Positions 19,189 to 23,959 of a stretch of 23,959 nucleotides of DNA are shown piece by piece; within the stretch, counting starts at the first letter, position 1, and each line of letters begins with the position of its first letter. Source of the DNA: Amoeboradix gromovi X-113 (taxonomy: Eukaryota; Fungi; Sanchytriomycota). The translations under genes and the position numbers were made by a program. The notes beneath the pieces are model-generated. The model was given only the letters and a program-made list of their open reading frames with translations. It did no database searches and was not told where the DNA came from. Where the stretch lies: contig JADGIF010000064.1 of assembly GCA_018985225.1 (NCBI GenBank), positions 1 to 23,959 of the forward strand, in the 5' to 3' direction.

Positions 19189-19737
19189 TTATAACATACT
19201 AAACATTTGGGCTCGTCTTTCAGGCGCTTGAGCAGCATCTTTTCGGTTCAAGGGTTGGTCGAGTTGCGCAACTGGATTCGCATTGCCATTTGGAAATGGT
19301 TCGATTCTTACAGGTCTTCCGTTATTTTGGATAGCGTCCTTAACAGCTGCTGCAGTAAGGACTCCAAGAGTAATATACTTACCTGCTGTCACAATTCGTC
19401 TTCCTGTTTTAATTTTTTTAATTTGTTTCCCTACATCTATATCGAATCCGTGTTGAATGCCACCAGCAGGACTGTTATGTTGACCTTGACGCCCTAATTC
19501 AAGCTTTTCTCTATCTATATCATCAATAAATTCTTCCTGAGTGTCTCCAATTTCAAGATCCCGTGGATTTGTAGCTTCAAGCAATAATCCATTGAAAGCT
19601 AACTTAAATTCAGTTGTGTGTTCATGTATACGCTCCTTTGGTACAATCCTAGCTGAATTACGCGATCGAACTCCATTTTGCTCTGTATCTGGATCTAAAA
19701 CTGGAATAGACCAACATGCAAGCCAGGAAATTAACAT
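19189..19737 (-). CDS. Hypothetical protein, possibly secreted, with one internal hydrophobic helix
   Basis: 182-aa ATG ORF with short hydrophobic leader MLISWLACWSIPV and internal YITLGVLTAAAV. Confidence 0.65.
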   Translation of the reverse strand: MLISWLACWSIPVLDPDTEQNGVRSRNSARIVPKERIHEHTTEFKLAFNGLLLEATNPRDLEIGDTQEEFIDDIDREKLELGRQGQHNSPAGGIQHGFDIDVGKQIKKIKTGRRIVTAGKYITLGVLTAAAVKDAIQNNGRPVRIEPFPNGNANPVAQLDQPLNRKDAAQAPERRAQMFSML

Positions 19738-20003
19738 TCTGCGTCACTCCCCTAATTTGTTCTATACAGGTCGCCAAATCGCACCATGGAAAATTATTTC
19801 ATAAATTAATTTTTTTGGCTATTTTTATTTTAGAAATTCGCCTTCCCTTATTTGGATATTTGGTGCATTGTATTTAACTCATGCAAATGACTCGGGGGTG
19901 TAGTTTTTAGATTTTTTCTGCCTGCAACGGCCTGTTCTTGTTCTGAAAACGGAAAAAAGTGTTATTTGATGCGAGTTAGTAGATCCCGGTGGCTTTCCTT
20001 ACC

Positions 20004-20560
20004 ATGGCAAAGATATGGCTTCATTGTGTATGGAGAGTTCCATGAATGTAGACAGTTTACGCGAGTACATCTTTAACAAGCATCTTACCTACAACCAAGA
20101 GAATGGAAATGATTCTTCTAGTTTATCAGTATACTCAAATGGTACATAATAGATGATTGTTCTTATAAAATCATCAGATCCTCTAAGCTATCAGTGTTTG
20201 AACCAGCAATTGGCCATGCTTCTTTAGATGAACCTTTAATAGTAGTGGTTAATTCAAAACGCTTCCTAAACCTAACTGAGATCAACTTGGATCATATATC
20301 TCCCAAGAAAAAGAAGCGAATAGAAGATCTAAAAAGATTTATTTTTAGAACAACGGATTACAAATGTTTGACGCTGTTCCAAAAAGACAAGCTAGCAACA
20401 TACCATCATGCCAAATACAGCGTTCTTAAAATCGGTAATAAAACCCCAGTTTCTTCCACTGCAGACACTTCAGCATGCAGTCAAACTCATCAGAGTCGGA
20501 AAGGAGAAGGATTTCATCGTTCTTCAGTCATTAAAAGCTCTGTGTGAAGATGGGCCAACA
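20004..20560 (+). pseudogene. Frameshifted ORF remnant, loosely Crinkler N-terminal-like
   Basis: Successive frames read MAKIWLHCVWRVP* / MNVDSLREYIFNKHL..LSVYSN / ..SKLSVFEPAIGHASLDEPLIVVVNSKRFL. Confidence 0.3.
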
Positions 20561-22119
20561 ATTGCTCTTCCATATCAAGGTCAAGACTATCTTCAGTTGA
20601 GCCTCTCTGCCACCAGTCAAATTATCAGACCCAATCTCTGTTTTTAAGGGTGACGTAGCATCTAGTGATCCGAATCGCAATAGCCATATTTTAGGTTCTT
20701 CTGGCACTAATCTCGGTGATTCAGGTGGTGGCTGCTTTGACTTATTGACAAATGAGCTTATAAGTATAAATGTAGGATGTGATCGGGTAGATTTAAAGAT
20801 GAAGGGCGGAATTCCCAACGCGTTGGAATAGGCATCTTCTAGATACAACGCAGGATCTCATCTTGTGCCAAGCATCTTATTCTAACGCTTTCAGATAGCA
20901 AATAGCAATAATGTTGACAATAAAACCAAAGAATGTAGACGCAGTTTATAAATATTGCAAGACCTGCTACTAAGAATAATGTTTTTCGTTTCAGTACGCA
21001 GTAAGGTTTGTGCAATCCAAAATAATTCAGAGATCGACATTATTGGACCCGTTTTGTTAATAAGAACGCACAAGTTTTCAAAGTACTACTTTCGATAGAT
21101 TTTTTACTTTTTAATTTCTAAAGCCCATCTTTCGGCAAATCTACGATGCTACAAATTAGCAGGTAAGGTGAGTGACTATGCTTGTACCTGCTAGAATATT
21201 GCAATCAAGTAATCTAAAATTGTGAATTAGTTACTTTGCGCCAGCAAGAATTTGCTTGACAAAAAACTGCATAGAGTCCTGATGCCTGTTTGTTAAGGTA
21301 TTTTTAAAATAGTTGAACCAAAAGTCGAGACTGATCTCTCATTAGAACCGAGTTTTCTCGATGTAACAATCATCCTTGTCACTCTTTGAATTTTGTCTCA
21401 AAAATCTTCGCAGTAGTAGCTCTCAAAGCACAGAAGTGGAAACAAAATAAATTGCGTCCCTCCATTCTTGGACCGTTTCCTAATTTTCAAAGCCTATATA
21501 CTTTTCCTGCGAGTAATCTCTTTAGAATTAAGACATCAGGATCGCCAGGCCTGGTCCGTTAGCAATTGATCACAAGAAACATTCTCGATTTTTATCCAGT
21601 TAAAAGGTCTAGAAAGAAGGCATACTGGAGCGGTACAGCTCACGTTGTCACAATAGATGGTTTATTCTATTAAACCCGATAGCTGCTCTGGTTGTTATAT
21701 GAAGCACTGGAATTATTATAGCATGATAGTAGAAGCACGGGGACAAAAGCAAAAGCCTGGCTTAGAAACCGGTATTCAAGTTATTGTAGATCATCAATGA
21801 GCAGTAATATAATAGCCTTAATATATTCAGAATTTTCAATGTTATACTATAAATATTCAAATTAAATATTTATCACTGCAATTGATAACCGTAAAGTGAA
21901 AGACTTGCACAGTTATTAAGCGTCCACTGTATTTGAGGTCTTTTTCATGTGATGTTTAGAGCATATATCACATTCGATTACAAAATAAAATGCTGCTCTA
22001 TGGTCCACAAAATAAAGTGCTCTAAAAATCTGGCAGACGCCTCTTCATTTGCTGGTTTGAATGCAATAATAGAAGCTGCATTGTTTTCTAAAATTGTTAA
22101 CCAAAATAATTCCTAACAG

Positions 22120-22938
22120 ATGGGGATTGCGACTACACTTCAAGGCGGACAAAGCTTTACATGGCATCGTATAAATAGCTACTTCTTTAAGGCCATTAAA
22201 GTCAATAATACCGATTGCATAATACGACTTGACGATCATATAAATCCATATTCATATTTTGGACAATTTGATGCACAGGAATGGTTTGAAAATTATACCA
22301 GAACTGAATACAACCTTGGTGAAATGTATACTAAATGGAAGGAAATGGATCCCAAACTTGAGTATTACGATATTCAGCTATTAAATCAAGAACCACTGGA
22401 GTGCATTTTGGGATTTATATGCAGTAGCAACAACAACATCAAGAGAATTCAAAGGATGATGCAATCCCTTTGTACCCTTTATGGCACATTCATCACCAGG
22501 ATTGAGGACATAGATGTTTACTCGTTTCCCACATTGGAACAGCTAAGCAAAGTTGATGAGACTACATTGAGAGAACATGGATTTGGATACAGGGCTGGCT
22601 ACATAACCAGCAGTGTGAAGTATCTTATCAATAATCCCCATCTTCTGGATTTGCATAAACTGCCCTATTTGCAAGCAAAACAAGAATTATTGAATCTTAA
22701 AGGTGTTGGGTACAAGGTAGCCGACTGCATACTTTTAATGGGATTTGGATTCATGGAGTGCGTCCCTATAGATGTTCATATTAAAAGATGTATTGAGCAA
22801 AGATATAATTTCCCGGTAAAGAGCTTGAGCATAAATCATTATGAAAAGTTGCAAGAGTTTTTGCAGTCCAAGTGGGGTGAATATGCTGGATGGGCACATC
22901 TGTTTGCATTTGCTGATATGAGAAAGACCAAGAAATGA
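22120..22938 (+). CDS. OGG1: 8-oxoguanine DNA glycosylase/AP lyase
   Basis: TLQGGQSFTW, LLNQEPLECILGFICSSNNNIKRI, FPTLEQL, GFGYRAGYI, HhH LKGVGYKVADC, VPIDVH, WGEYAGWAHLFAF. A 5' exon from 22000 is possible. Confidence 0.96.
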   Translation: MGIATTLQGGQSFTWHRINSYFFKAIKVNNTDCIIRLDDHINPYSYFGQFDAQEWFENYTRTEYNLGEMYTKWKEMDPKLEYYDIQLLNQEPLECILGFICSSNNNIKRIQRMMQSLCTLYGTFITRIEDIDVYSFPTLEQLSKVDETTLREHGFGYRAGYITSSVKYLINNPHLLDLHKLPYLQAKQELLNLKGVGYKVADCILLMGFGFMECVPIDVHIKRCIEQRYNFPVKSLSINHYEKLQEFLQSKWGEYAGWAHLFAFADMRKTKK

Positions 22939-23072
22939 ATAAATTGTTTTCCTTATTTTAAAACAACTACAAGTTTAATTAATAGGGTAGCGTAGCGTAA
23001 CCAATGTTCTTGGCTGTTTGATCATATCTGTTTTCATTTTTATTCCTTTTAAATGCATCGCCTCCTTTGACT

Positions 23073-23654
23073 TTAATGAGCGGACAGTAGCTGAGGCTGC
23101 GGCGAATTAGGAATTGTAGGATAAGACTCCACAGGGCTATAAGGAGTAAGTTCTGGGCTGTTTTGAACAGAATAGACCGGTGCTAGGGTGCTACTAGCTC
23201 CGGATTCAATTTGATTATTTCTAAATGGGGTGTTAATAGTAGGTCTATTATTTCGCTTAGACCTTTTACAAAGAATTATGTAAATGACTACTGCAACAAC
23301 AACCATTCCACATGCTACAACTGCTATTATTAATTTGTCATAAGTTCCAAAATTACTTCTGGGTCGATTAATATAAACCGGACCAGCAGGACTGTCGTTA
23401 ATCGGATCAGTTGAGTGAGTGTTATTGTCTCCGTGGTTCGTCTTGTTTGCTGCAGCATTCGTACAGTTTACTTTTTGATATTTTAATTCTTGAACTGTAT
23501 AAGGTAGGTCAAAAATGGGAACCATATAATTCTCTATGATGGTTATGAGGTTTCCCATTAATAGTGATTTATGGGTAATTGAACTCTTTAATTTAAAATT
23601 CGTGATAGCCCTCCAATCAGGTAATCTGATAATAAAGTAAGAAACGAGAATCAA
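23073..23654 (-). CDS. Single-pass (type I-like) membrane protein with Pro/Tyr-rich cytoplasmic tail; 5' end unresolved
   Basis: TM segment LIIAVVACGMVVVAVVIYIILC followed by stop-transfer KRSKR. N-glycosylation sequons lie upstream and the tail contains APVYS and PYSP. Confidence 0.65.
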   Translation of the reverse strand: MILVSYFIIRLPDWRAITNFKLKSSITHKSLLMGNLITIIENYMVPIFDLPYTVQELKYQKVNCTNAAANKTNHGDNNTHSTDPINDSPAGPVYINRPRSNFGTYDKLIIAVVACGMVVVAVVIYIILCKRSKRNNRPTINTPFRNNQIESGASSTLAPVYSVQNSPELTPYSPVESYPTIPNSPQPQLLSAH

Positions 23655-23781
23655 ATTTTAAAATTGAGAAATCTCAAAATTCGTTGATTTCAACTGTGGC
23701 ATATTTGGATTCTTTAGCATACCCAAAAACGCATTCACATGATTTAAACAATAAATTAATCTTCATGATGTTTATTACATA

Positions 23782-23959
23782 AGTGACATCAAATATAAAA
23801 ACTTTGTGTAACAACTTGAACATTATTTCAGCTTTATTACCTTATGGATTTAAGAGACGAGTGGACATTCAGCTACTTGCGGAGTTGACGAGTATAAAAG
23901 GAAAATAAATAACTTTTTGTATCGAAATTTCAAAAATAAATATTCTGTACAGCTATTCT
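23782..23959 (+). mobile_element. Second copy (left part) of the Fanzor-remnant TIR element, truncated by the window end
   Basis: Left-TIR-like gtgacatcaaatataaaaact. 23858-23959 matches 7456-7557 at 97/102 and encodes SGHSATCGVDEYKRKINNFLYRNFKNKYSVQLF. Confidence 0.88.

Noticed and set aside
19375-19385. atacttacctg, identical to the U1 snRNA 5' end
   Set aside because: It lies antisense within a coding ORF (AGKY codons), with no U1 stem-loops or recognisable structure following.
20531-21073. Minus-strand ORFs with hydrophobic and Pro-rich segments
   Set aside because: Non-ATG starts, fragmented frames and no recognisable family. Possibly a decayed membrane-protein gene, but this cannot be supported.
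1-23959. CRISPR array, rRNA or an autonomous transposase
   Set aside because: No regularly spaced repeats, rRNA motifs or DDE/Y1/serine transposase ORF were seen, so the mobilising enzyme must lie elsewhere.

Overview
AT-rich, gene-dense, nearly intron-free eukaryotic DNA in the standard genetic code (genes end in TAA/TAG/TGA). Gene content and compactness suggest an early-diverging, probably parasitic zoosporic fungus or relative; this is an inference only. Recognisable genes are cyclophilin, a PRL/PTP4A phosphatase, an SH3-RhoGEF-PH-coiled-coil protein, TIM44, a multi-pass TM-RGS protein, an OSR1/SPAK-like STE20 kinase, a shortened CFAP298 (C21orf59) apparently split by a 19-nt intron, and OGG1. 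They are interspersed with orphan signal-peptide proteins and decayed ORFs. The most notable feature is a ~0.67-kb element with terminal inverted repeats (7384/7394..8053/8064). It carries the degenerate C-terminal RuvC/zinc-finger part of a Fanzor (eukaryotic TnpB-like RNA-guided nuclease) and stem-loops just inside its right end, where an omega-RNA scaffold would be expected. A second copy starts at ~23782 and runs off the window, and a third left-end remnant lies at ~8127-8160.
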